In this document: piece by piece, positions 28,393 to 37,170 of the stretch
How the letters are laid out: each line of letters starts with the position of its first letter
Position numbering within the stretch: the first letter of the stretch is position 1
Source of the DNA: an uncultured Planctomycetota bacterium
GTDB taxonomy: Bacteria; Planctomycetota; PLA2; JAEUHO01
Reading direction: 5' to 3'
Assembly (NCBI GenBank): GCA_963752285.1
Contig: CAVVXN010000005.1
Location: 1,088,001-1,152,000, forward strand
Length of the DNA stretch: 64,000 bases
Program-made: the position numbers and the translations under genes
Notes under the pieces: generated by a model
The model's input: the letters and a program-made list of their open reading frames with translations, nothing else
Database searches by the model: none
What the model was told of the DNA's origin: nothing

Positions 28393-29871
28393 CTACCGTG
28401 TCGAATCGACAGCGGCGTCCGCGCCGTCCGGGGGAGAGGTCCTGTATTCCTTGATCTTCCGGTAGAGGGTTCGCGTGCTGAGGCCGAGCAACTGCGAAGC
28501 GCGTTCCCGATTGCCGCCGACGTCGCGGAGCGTGTTCTCGATGAGCGCCCGCTCGACCTGCGGCCAGGGAATGCCCGAGAGCCGGGCGAGGAAGTCGGGA
28601 CCCTCCTCGTCGGGACGGACCCACGCCGGCACGACCTCGAGCGGGATCGTCTCCGACCTCGACATGAGCACCATCGACTCGATCGCGTTCTTGAGCTCGC
28701 GGACGTTGCCCGGCCAGCCGTAGCGGGTCAGGACGTCGAGCGCCTCCGGCGACAGCGCCCGCGCGGGCCGCCCGTGGCGCCGCGCGGCCTCGGCCAGGAA
28801 GTGCTCCGCGAGGTGCGGCAGGTCGGCGAGGCGCTCCCGGAGGGGCGGCAGCTCGACCTGCACGACGCGGAGCCGGAACTCGAGGTCCCCGCGGAAGGTG
28901 CCCTCGCGGACCATCGCGTCGAGGTCGCGGTTCGTCGCGGCGATCAGGCGGACGTCCACGCGGATCGGCTCGTTCGCCCCCACCCGGACGATCTCGCCGA
29001 GCTCCAGGGCGCGGAGCAGGTGGCCCTGCGTCGCGAGGGGCATGTCCCCGATCTCGTCCAGGAAGAGCGTGCCCTTGTCGGCCGCCTCGAAGCGACCCTT
29101 GCGGCGCGCCGTCGCGCCCGTGAACGCGCCCCGCTCGTGGCCGAAGAGCTCGCTCTCGAGCACGCCCTCCGCGAGCGCCGCGCAGTTGAGGGGCAGGAAA
29201 GGCCCTTCGCGGCGCGGCCCCGCGCGGTGGAGCGCGTGGGCGACGAGCTCCTTGCCCGTGCCGCTCTCGCCGCGGATCAGGACCGTCGCGTCGGTGTCCG
29301 CGACCTGGTTCAGGACGTCGAAGACGCGCTGCATCGAGCGCGTCTCGCCGAGGATGCCCGGGAACGCGTACGCCTTGTCGATCGTGGTCCGTAGCTCCCG
29401 GTAGTGGCGCTCGAGCGCGATGCGCTCGGCGGCCGACCGGATCGTCTCGCGGAGGATCCCGAGGTCCACGGGCTTCTGGAGGAAGTGGAGCGCGCCCGCC
29501 TGCATGGCGTGGACCGCGCCCTCCACGGTCCCGTAGCCCGTCACGACCACGCACTGCGGGACCGCTCCGTGCTCGCCGCGAAGCGCCTTCGCGCGCTCCA
29601 CGAGCTCGAGTCCGTCCCGGTCGGGGAGTCGGAGGTCGGTCAGGACGAGGTCGTGCTCGACCTTCTCGAGGCGCCGGATGCCCTCGTCGCCCGAGGCGGC
29701 GATCTCGACCGTGTGGCCCTGCGTCTCGAGCACCTCCGCGATCACCTCGGCGTGCCCGCGGTCGTCCTCGACGAGGAGGATCGAGAGCGGCGCGGTGCGG
29801 CCGGCGGGCGCCGGGGCGCCGTGCGACGAGGCCGCGGGAGCGCTGGGCGGGAGCGGCAGGGAGCTCGTCAT
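28393..29871 (-). CDS. sigma54-dependent response regulator (NtrC/AtoC family)
   Basis: REC domain, 'GESGTGKE', 'GAFTGA', '[10 protein letters not shown]', Fis-type HTH. Confidence 0.95.
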   Translation of the reverse strand: MTSSLPLPPSAPAASSHGAPAPAGRTAPLSILLVEDDRGHAEVIAEVLETQGHTVEIAASGDEGIRRLEKVEHDLVLTDLRLPDRDGLELVERAKALRGEHGAVPQCVVVTGYGTVEGAVHAMQAGALHFLQKPVDLGILRETIRSAAERIALERHYRELRTTIDKAYAFPGILGETRSMQRVFDVLNQVADTDATVLIRGESGTGKELVAHALHRAGPRREGPFLPLNCAALAEGVLESELFGHERGAFTGATARRKGRFEAADKGTLFLDEIGDMPLATQGHLLRALELGEIVRVGANEPIRVDVRLIAATNRDLDAMVREGTFRGDLEFRLRVVQVELPPLRERLADLPHLAEHFLAEAARRHGRPARALSPEALDVLTRYGWPGNVRELKNAIESMVLMSRSETIPLEVVPAWVRPDEEGPDFLARLSGIPWPQVERALIENTLRDVGGNRERASQLLGLSTRTLYRKIKEYRTSPPDGADAAVDSTR

Positions 29872-29876
29872 GAGGC

Positions 29877-29911
29877 TGACAGGATGTCACGGGCCGGGCG
29901 ACAGGGTGGCA
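29877..29911. promoter_or_regulatory. Two related palindromic sites upstream of the bEBP gene (putative bEBP binding sites)
   Basis: TGACA-GGA-TGTCA (29877) and CGACA-GGG-TGGCA (29899), 22 bp apart. Confidence 0.45.
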
Positions 29912-30105
29912 GAAGACCGGGAGCCCGGGTCGGCCCACCCACCCCGGCCCCTTCCCGGTAGGCCCTTCCCGGTAGGCCCGCCCCGGCGCGCGGGCGGGCA
30001 CGACGGGCGCCCGGCGCAACCCCCGTCGGCCCGCCTGCGCCCGTCCACGCGGCGATCGTCCACGCGGCGACCGTCCACGCCGCGGCCCGTCCGCACGGCG
30101 GCCCG

Positions 30106-30879
30106 TCAGCGCGGCGGCCCGGAGAGCGGAAGGCGCAGCACGAAGTCGGTCCCCTTCTCGGACGCGGTCTCGAAGTCGAGGCTCCCGCCGTGCTCCTCGG
30201 CGATGCGCCGCGCCGTCGGGAGGCCGAGGCCGCTCCCCGTGCGACGGCTCGAGTAGTACACGTCCCACACCCGCTCCCGGATCGCGGCGGGGATCCCGGG
30301 CCCGGTGTCGATCACGTCCACGCGCGCCTCCTCGCCGTCGAGGCGCGTCCGTACGATCAGCTCGCGGCGCTTGGGCGTACGCCCCTCGCCCTCGAGCGGC
30401 ATCGTCTCCATCGCCTGGATCGCGTTCAGGACCAGGTTCAGCACGGCCTGTTTCAGGAGCCGCTCGTCGAGCACCACGATCGGGAGGTTGCGGTCGGGAT
30501 AGAACGCGAGGTCCACGCGCGCGCGGACGCACTCGGGCGCGATGAACGCCGTCACCTCCTCGAGCACGCGGTTCAGGTCGGCCTTCGCGAGGTCGAGGCG
30601 CCGGATGCCGGCGTAGCGGAGGAAGTCGTCGAGGATTCCCTCGAGGCGCGAGACCTCGCGTCTCAGGCTCGCCACGCGCCGCGCGGTGCGCCGCTCCCGT
30701 TCGTCCCCTTCGTCCTCCTTCCAGTCTTCTTGCAGGAGCTGGAGGGTGACGTTCATCGTCGAGAGCGGGTTTCGGACCTCGTGCACGAGTCCGCCCGCGA
30801 CCGCGCCGAGGAACGCGAGGCCCCTCGGCGTCGGCGCCTCCGGGGGCGAGCGGCGATCCTCCTCCTGCGCCATCGCCAA
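30106..30879 (-). CDS. Sensor-less cytoplasmic histidine kinase (HisKA+HATPase)
   Basis: 'LVHEVRNPL', 'NLVLNAIQA', 'DTGPGI', 'GSGLGL'. No input domain. Confidence 0.9.
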   Translation of the reverse strand: MAMAQEEDRRSPPEAPTPRGLAFLGAVAGGLVHEVRNPLSTMNVTLQLLQEDWKEDEGDERERRTARRVASLRREVSRLEGILDDFLRYAGIRRLDLAKADLNRVLEEVTAFIAPECVRARVDLAFYPDRNLPIVVLDERLLKQAVLNLVLNAIQAMETMPLEGEGRTPKRRELIVRTRLDGEEARVDVIDTGPGIPAAIRERVWDVYYSSRRTGSGLGLPTARRIAEEHGGSLDFETASEKGTDFVLRLPLSGPPR

Positions 30880-30980
30880 GAAGGTACCCGTCCCCGACCC
30901 CCGGGCCCGCGAATCGGCCGTCCCGGGCGGGCTCCGACCACAACCCGGCCATTGTCGCCGTCGCGGGTATGCTCCGGTCG

Positions 30981-32066
30981 ATGCCTACCGAGGTCTTCCA
31001 CCTGAGCGATCGCTCCGCACGCCACGACGAGCTCAGGCGCGCGGGCGAGATCCTCCGGAAAGGCGGCCTGGTCGCCTTCCCGACCGAGACGGTCTACGGC
31101 ATCGCGGTCTCCGCCGACCTGCCCGAGGCCGTCGAGCGCCTCTACGAGCTGAAGGGCCGCCCGCGCACGAAGCCGATGACCCTGATGGTCGCGGAGATCG
31201 CGCCGGTGCTCGAGCGCACCGGCGACGTCGCGGGCACGGCGCGGAGCCTCATGCGTCGCTTCTGGCCCGGGCCGCTGACGCTCGTGCTTCCCGACAAGGA
31301 GGGACGCCTCACGGGCTTCCGGCTGCCGTCCCACCCGATGGCGCGCGGTCTCGTGCGCGAGGCCGGCGTGCCGCTCCTCGTCCCGAGCGCGAACCGCTCG
31401 GGCGAGCCGGCCGCGACGACGGCTGAGGAGGTGCTCCGGCAGTTCCCGAAGGAGCTCGACCTCGTGATCGACGGCGGGCCCGCCGACGGCGGCGTCGCCA
31501 GCACGGTGGTGCAGGTCGTGGACGACACCCTCACGGTGCTCCGCGAGGGCGCGATCCCCGAGAGCCGCCTGAGCGACCCGTACAAGGCGACGATCCTCTT
31601 CGTGTGCCGCGGCAACACCGACCGGAGCCCACTGGCGGCCGCGATCCTGCGCCGGCATCTCGCGCACCTCCTTGGCGTCTCCGACGACGAGGTCGAGTCC
31701 GAGGGCTACCGCATCATCAGCGCGGGGCTCGCCGCCCGTGAGGGCCAGCCCGCGTCGGTGTTCTCGCGCCGCGTCGCGCGCGCGTGGGAGGACGGTCCCC
31801 TCGCGCTCGACGGCCACCGCGCCCACACGCTCACGACCGAGATGGTCGAGTCGGCGACGCGGATCTTCTGCATGGAGAGGGAGCAGCGGGAACAGATCCT
31901 GGCGTTCTTCCCCCACCGGGACCGCGACGTCCTGCTCCTCGACCCCGAGGGTCAGGACGTGAAGGACCCCGCGGGCCGCTCGTTCGAGGCCTACCAGCGG
32001 CTGAAGCGCCGTCTCGACGCAGCGGCCACGCTGATCGCGACCGGCCTCGTCCGCGGCAACGTCTGA
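30981..32066 (+). CDS. tsaC: L-threonylcarbamoyladenylate synthase fused to LMW protein phosphatase domain
   Basis: 'AFPTETVYG', 'KGRP', 'WPGPLT', 'PSANRSG'. Then '[15 protein letters not shown]', 'SAGL', 'DVKDPAG'. Confidence 0.9.
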   Translation: MPTEVFHLSDRSARHDELRRAGEILRKGGLVAFPTETVYGIAVSADLPEAVERLYELKGRPRTKPMTLMVAEIAPVLERTGDVAGTARSLMRRFWPGPLTLVLPDKEGRLTGFRLPSHPMARGLVREAGVPLLVPSANRSGEPAATTAEEVLRQFPKELDLVIDGGPADGGVASTVVQVVDDTLTVLREGAIPESRLSDPYKATILFVCRGNTDRSPLAAAILRRHLAHLLGVSDDEVESEGYRIISAGLAAREGQPASVFSRRVARAWEDGPLALDGHRAHTLTTEMVESATRIFCMEREQREQILAFFPHRDRDVLLLDPEGQDVKDPAGRSFEAYQRLKRRLDAAATLIATGLVRGNV

Positions 32067-32074
32067 GGTCGCCC

Positions 32075-32818
32075 GTGGACGGACCGGGAGGCGGGGACGA
32101 CGGCCGCGCCGGGCTGCGCCCCCTCTCGCTCGACGACGCCGAGGCGATCGAGGTCCGGTTCGTCTCGAGCGCGCGGCTCCACCTCGTCCGCCCGCGGACG
32201 CCGGCGGCGGGGCCCGCGCCGCTCCTCCTCCTCCTGCACGGCTACGCCCAGGACCCCGAGGTGCTGCTCCGCTTCGCCGAGGGGATCGTGCCGCCCGGGG
32301 TGGCCCTCGCGCTCCCCGAGGCGCCGAACGCGTTCGCGCGCCGCGGGGCCACCCCGCGCCACGGCGTCGTCCACGACTGGATCGTGAGACGCCCGCGCGG
32401 GCCGGAGGACCGGCGGAACACCGCCTATCTCCTCGCCGCCCTGGACGCCGTCCGCCACCGGACGCGGGTGGACCCCGCGCGCACCGTCGTGCTCGGCTAC
32501 AGCCAGGGCGCGGGCGTCGCGTTCCACCTCGCGACCGAGCGCCCCGACGCGGTGTCCGCCGTCGTGAGCCTCGCGGGCGGGTTCGCGGCGGACTACCGGC
32601 CGCGCCTCTGCGCGCTCCGCGGGAAGGACGTGCTCTTCGTGGGCGGACACTCCGACGCGTCCTACCCGCCCGCGTACCAGGACGAGCTCTGCCGCGAGAT
32701 CTCCGACGCGGGGGTCGCGCTCACGCGCGAGACGCTCGACGCCGGCCACGCGCTCCTCGAGCCCGCGGCGCCGCTCGTCGCGCGCTGGCTCGCGCCGCGC
32801 CTCGCCCCGTCGCCGTGA
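32075..32818 (+). CDS. Alpha/beta hydrolase (phospholipase/carboxylesterase)
   Basis: 'LLHGY', 'GYSQGA', 'SD', 'AGH'. Confidence 0.85.
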   Translation: MDGPGGGDDGRAGLRPLSLDDAEAIEVRFVSSARLHLVRPRTPAAGPAPLLLLLHGYAQDPEVLLRFAEGIVPPGVALALPEAPNAFARRGATPRHGVVHDWIVRRPRGPEDRRNTAYLLAALDAVRHRTRVDPARTVVLGYSQGAGVAFHLATERPDAVSAVVSLAGGFAADYRPRLCALRGKDVLFVGGHSDASYPPAYQDELCREISDAGVALTRETLDAGHALLEPAAPLVARWLAPRLAPSP

Positions 32819-32920
32819 TCGGGCCGGGACCGGGCCCCGGGACGACCCGGAGACGATGCGGCGCGGGGCCCGCGGGACGCTTCGGCGGACCCGCCCCGGG
32901 AACCGCCCCGAGGAGGCCCG

Positions 32921-35900
32921 CTACCGGAAGCGCTTCTGCAGCGCGTCCACCACCGCGCGGCGGTCGGCCTCGGACCCGTCCGGGTCGTAGCGGTCGAGGT
33001 CGTCCGGGTAGCGACGCCAGAGCGCGGAGGCCGCGGCCACCCGGACGTCGCGCGAGGGGTCGAGGAGGAGCGGCGCCGCGAGCGGGAAGAGACCGTCGTC
33101 GCCGTCGGCCGCGATCGCGTCGGCGGTCGCGAGCCGCAGCGTCTCGTCCCCCGAGGCCGCCAGGCTCCTGGCGGCGTCGGGGTGCGCGCGGAGGAGACGA
33201 CGACGCCCGGCCTCGACGAGGGCCGCGTGCGCCTCGGCGGCGAGGTCCGACCCGAGGAGCGGGGCGAGCGCGTCCGCCCCGGGGTCGAGCGCGTCCCGGA
33301 GCGCCGCCAGGACCGCGCGCGCCTCGGGGCGCTGGGGCGACGGGAGGGCCCGGAGCCGCGTCGCGGCCTCCGAGGCGACGTGCGCCGCGCGCGCGTCCGC
33401 GAGCACGGCGTCCGCGCGGAGCCGGAGGGTGCGGAGGTCCCCGCCGTCCAGGGCCTCCGCGAGACGCGTGAGCGGCTCCGCGACGAGGGCGGCGCCCTCC
33501 GGGCCGCACGGGCGCGCGTCCCCGAGCGCCGGCGCGAGGTCCGCCTCGAACGGCCGACCGGCGCGGTGCGCCTCGACGGCCGCGAGCAACCGCCCGAGCG
33601 CCTCCCTCTCCGCGCTCGACTCCGCGGCGGCGTGGACCTCGGCGTCGAGACGCGCCCGGGCCTCGCCGCACCGGCCCATCGCGAGGAGCACCTCGGCCTC
33701 CAGCGCGACGGTCGCGCCCCGCTCCGCCGCCTCGCGGTCGCCGGGCGGCGGCGCGAGCGCCGCGTCGAGGAGCGCCTGCGCGCGCTGGAGGTACTCGTCG
33801 CCCGAGCGGCCGCTCGCGCGGTCCGCGCGCGCCTGGGCGCGGAGGAGACCGGCCTCGAGCCGGGCCGCGCGGCCGTGGGCCCGCGCCGCGCGCCAGACGA
33901 GGGTCTCGTCGTGCGCGTCGCCGCCGTGCGCGGCGTCGTAGAGGCCGGCTGCGCGCTTCCAGCCCTCGAGCTCGTCCACGACGAGCCCGGGGTCCATCGG
34001 CGCGGTGGCGCGGCGCTCGACCGAGAGCCAGGCGGCCCGCGCGTCCTCGCGGCGGGCGTCGAGCGCGTCCTTCGTGGCCTTCCGCAGACGGGCGTCGCCG
34101 CCGGGCACGGGCGCCTCCTCCGACGAGTCCACGAGCGTCGAGATCCAGGCGAGCGTGTCCGAGAGGTACGTGGTGTTCAAGTGCGCGCGCGGGAGCGGGT
34201 GGAACTCGGGCCACGGGTCGAGGTCGAGCACGGGCCGCACCTCGACCGACGACGGCGGGAGCGCGGCGGCCCGAACGGAGCGACCCGACGCGACGAACGC
34301 GGCCGCCACGGCCCTCTCGTCGTCCAGGCCGGCGTCCGCGAGGTCCCGCTTCGCGGCCGCGATGCGGCGGCGCAGCGCGTCGGGCCCGGGGGCCGCGGAG
34401 CCGCGGCGTCCCACGAGCGCCGTGGACTGCTCGAAGAACCAGAGCGAACCGTCGGGGAACACGTCGAAGAACGTGCGGAGGAACGCCGCGTAGAGCCCCG
34501 CCGGCATCGCGTGCACGGGGAGCCACTGGCACAGCACGCCGCCCTCCCTCAGCCGCGCGCGCGCGAGCTCGTAGAACTCCTTCGTGTAGAAGGGGTAGCC
34601 GGCCGGCGCGTACGGCATCAGCGGCTCGAGCGTGATCACGTCGAGGTCCGCGTCGTGGAGGAGGAGTACGTTTCGTCCGTCGTCGTGGATCACGCGGACC
34701 CGCGGGTCGTGGAGCACACCGCGGTTCGCCTCCGCGAACCGAGGCGCGAGGTCCAGCACCGCGCGGCTCACCTCGACGACCTCGATCCGCCTCACCTCGG
34801 GGTGCGCCGCGACGGCGCCCGCGGTGGTGCCGGTGCCGAACGCGATCACGAGCGCGTTCTCGGGCCGGTCCGCGAGGAGCACCGGCAGGTGGCCGAGGAG
34901 CCGCATGTAGCGATAGTGGCGCCCGGTCGCCGCGGCGAGGAAGTCGTCCGTGTAGAGACAACGCTCGCCGTCCTGGGTGTCTACGACGCTCGCGGTCGTG
35001 ACGGGATCGGTTTCGACCTGGAGCAGCCGTCGCTCCCCGGGACCGCGGAGCACGTGGCTGAACCGGACGACGGTCGCGCCCGCCTCGGCGGGCCAAAGCG
35101 CGACGGCCCCCCCGACGATCGCGAGGAGCGTCACGAGCCCCGCCAGGGCGCCGCGGCGCGAACCGACCGCGCGCCGGCCGAGCGCGAGCGCGGCCGCCGC
35201 GAGCCCGAGCGCGAGGACGCCGAGCCACGTAAAGGCCCCCACGGGCCCGAGCGCGGGCACCAGGAAGAAACCCACGAGCGCCGGCGCCACGATCGTCCCG
35301 AGGCTGTTCGCGAGGTACACGCGCCCCACCGCTTCGCCCGGCGCGAGGCCCGAGAGCTCCGCGTAGCGGACGGCGAGCGGGAACGTCGCGCCGAGAAGGA
35401 ACGCGGGGGGGAGGAGCGCGACCGCCGAGCCCACGAACGCCGTCCACCGAAGCCCGGCCGTCGGGCTGGTGGCCCCCGTGTACGCCCACCGCCGCACCGA
35501 CTCGACCGTCGCGTCGAGGCCCGGGAGAACGAGCGCCCGCTCGAGGAGCAGGGCGGCGCCCGCGAGGACGAGCAGCGCCGCGAGGGCGCGGTCGGGGCGA
35601 CGCGACCGCGCGAGCAGCGGCCCGAGGAGGAGGCTCCCGAGCCCCAGGCCCAGGACGAAAACGCCGACCATCGCGGCGAACGTCGCGGTGAAGCCCTCCA
35701 CGAAGAACACGAGGAGCCGGAACGAGGCCATCTCGAGCCCGAGCCCGAGGAAGCCCGTCGCCGCGGCGAGGGCGAGCGCCCCCGACCGCGCGTGCGTCGG
35801 GGTCGGGCCGCGCTCGATCTCGCGGCGCAGCGGCTCGGGGAGCACGGGAAGGCGCCGGCCGACGGCCCAGGCGACCAGGCCGACCGACGCCGCGACTGCG

Positions 35901-36541
35901 GCGGCGAGGCGCACGGTACCCGTGACCCCGAACGCCTCCACGAGGACGAACCCGGTCGCGAGCGCGCCGAGGACCGCGCCGAGCGTGTTCGCGCCGTAGA
36001 GCCACGCGGTGCTCCGGCCCGCCTCGCCCGGGAGCCGCACCACGTGGCGCACGAGGAGAGGGAGGGTCGCGCCGAGGAAGAAGGAGCCGGGCAGCACGAC
36101 GACGAGCGCGAGCAGGACCCGGAGCACGAGGCGCGGCGCGGGGCCGAGCGCCGCGCCGACGCCCGCGTACGGCGCCTGGAGCGCATGGGCCAGGGGCAGC
36201 GCGAGGACCGCCCAGAGCGCGGCCAGCAGCTCGAGGCGGCCGTAGAGGGCCAGGGGTCGATCGGCCCGCTCCGCGCGCGGGCCGGCCCAGCGTGCGCCGA
36301 GCCCGAGCCCCCCCACGAACGCGCCGAGCACGACGGCGGCGCTCGCGGCCGTCGAGCCGAGGACCAGGACGAGCCCGCGCGTCCAGGCGACCTCGTAGGA
36401 GAGCGCGGTCGCGCCGGTCAGCGTGACGGCGAGGAGGAGGAGGACGAGCCCGCCCCACCCGGGGCGCCCCCCGGCGCGGGAGGCCGGCGCGCCCAGCCGG
36501 TCCGGGACGAGGGGGCGCGGAAGCTCGCGCCCGAGGCTCAC
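32921..36541 (-). CDS. Fused MFS-like membrane domain/spermidine synthase-like protein with helical-repeat (HEAT-like) C-terminus
   Basis: 'YEVAWTRGL..GST', 'LYGANTLGAV', 'ALVIAFGTGTT', 'VEVS', 'DDGR', 'DVITLEP', 'YTKEFY'. Confidence 0.85.
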   Translation of the reverse strand: MSLGRELPRPLVPDRLGAPASRAGGRPGWGGLVLLLLAVTLTGATALSYEVAWTRGLVLVLGSTAASAAVVLGAFVGGLGLGARWAGPRAERADRPLALYGRLELLAALWAVLALPLAHALQAPYAGVGAALGPAPRLVLRVLLALVVVLPGSFFLGATLPLLVRHVVRLPGEAGRSTAWLYGANTLGAVLGALATGFVLVEAFGVTGTVRLAAAVAASVGLVAWAVGRRLPVLPEPLRREIERGPTPTHARSGALALAAATGFLGLGLEMASFRLLVFFVEGFTATFAAMVGVFVLGLGLGSLLLGPLLARSRRPDRALAALLVLAGAALLLERALVLPGLDATVESVRRWAYTGATSPTAGLRWTAFVGSAVALLPPAFLLGATFPLAVRYAELSGLAPGEAVGRVYLANSLGTIVAPALVGFFLVPALGPVGAFTWLGVLALGLAAAALALGRRAVGSRRGALAGLVTLLAIVGGAVALWPAEAGATVVRFSHVLRGPGERRLLQVETDPVTTASVVDTQDGERCLYTDDFLAAATGRHYRYMRLLGHLPVLLADRPENALVIAFGTGTTAGAVAAHPEVRRIEVVEVSRAVLDLAPRFAEANRGVLHDPRVRVIHDDGRNVLLLHDADLDVITLEPLMPYAPAGYPFYTKEFYELARARLREGGVLCQWLPVHAMPAGLYAAFLRTFFDVFPDGSLWFFEQSTALVGRRGSAAPGPDALRRRIAAAKRDLADAGLDDERAVAAAFVASGRSVRAAALPPSSVEVRPVLDLDPWPEFHPLPRAHLNTTYLSDTLAWISTLVDSSEEAPVPGGDARLRKATKDALDARREDARAAWLSVERRATAPMDPGLVVDELEGWKRAAGLYDAAHGGDAHDETLVWRAARAHGRAARLEAGLLRAQARADRASGRSGDEYLQRAQALLDAALAPPPGDREAAERGATVALEAEVLLAMGRCGEARARLDAEVHAAAESSAEREALGRLLAAVEAHRAGRPFEADLAPALGDARPCGPEGAALVAEPLTRLAEALDGGDLRTLRLRADAVLADARAAHVASEAATRLRALPSPQRPEARAVLAALRDALDPGADALAPLLGSDLAAEAHAALVEAGRRRLLRAHPDAARSLAASGDETLRLATADAIAADGDDGLFPLAAPLLLDPSRDVRVAAASALWRRYPDDLDRYDPDGSEADRRAVVDALQKRFR

Positions 36542-36747
36542 CCGCCCATGAGCTCCTGCGCCTTCTGGGCCAGCCGGATCGTCTTCAGGCGCTCGCGGGC
36601 CCGGCGGCGGCGGCGCTCGCTCGGCTTCTCGTAGTAGGCGTGCCGCTTCACCTCGCGGGTGATCCCCTCGTTGTTGCAGATCTTCCGAAGGCGCCGGAGC
36701 GTCTTCTCGAGGGGCTCGTTCGACTTGGCCTGGACGCGGACCGCCAT
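36538..36747 (-). CDS. rpsU: 30S ribosomal protein bS21
   Basis: 'NEPLEKTLRRLRK..EGITREVKRHAYYEKPSERRRR'. Confidence 0.95.
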   Translation of the reverse strand: MAVRVQAKSNEPLEKTLRRLRKICNNEGITREVKRHAYYEKPSERRRRRARERLKTIRLAQKAQELMGG

Positions 36748-37170
36748 ACCTGCTCCACGAGACCTTTCGGGCCTCGACTCGATACGTGGGGATCGGGGCC
36801 CGGGGCGCGGCCCGAAGCAGCGGAGGGTAGAGGGCCCCCCCGGGCGGGTCAACATCGACGCGGACCGCGAGGGCGGCCCGTCGGGGCGAGATCGGGCGTC
36901 CCCCCGGTACCGACCGACGCGGGGTCTCTCGGTCCGACCGGGTCGCCCGACCCCTCGGCGCGCGCGCGACGCCACGGCGGACGTGCGGCGCGCGGTCCAG
37001 ACCCCCCTTCCGATCACCGGACGGTCACCAAACGACGGACCTTCGGCCGTGAGGGTCGAGATTCATGCCCGAAGGACCGACCGAGCGGGGAAGAAGGCGT
37101 GACACGACTTCCGTCCAATGTGGCGACCGCCGGGTCCGTCGGAGGGCGACGGCGGGGGGAGGCGCATCCC

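Noticed and set aside
29948..30090. Short tandem repeats between bEBP and HK (14-bp x2; CGTCCACGCGGCGA x3)
   Set aside because: Low-complexity slippage repeats with no supportable function
26405..30952. 1515-aa ORF suggesting a giant DnaK fusion
   Set aside because: Upstream part is an off-frame read of the bEBP and HK genes; DnaK starts at 28321
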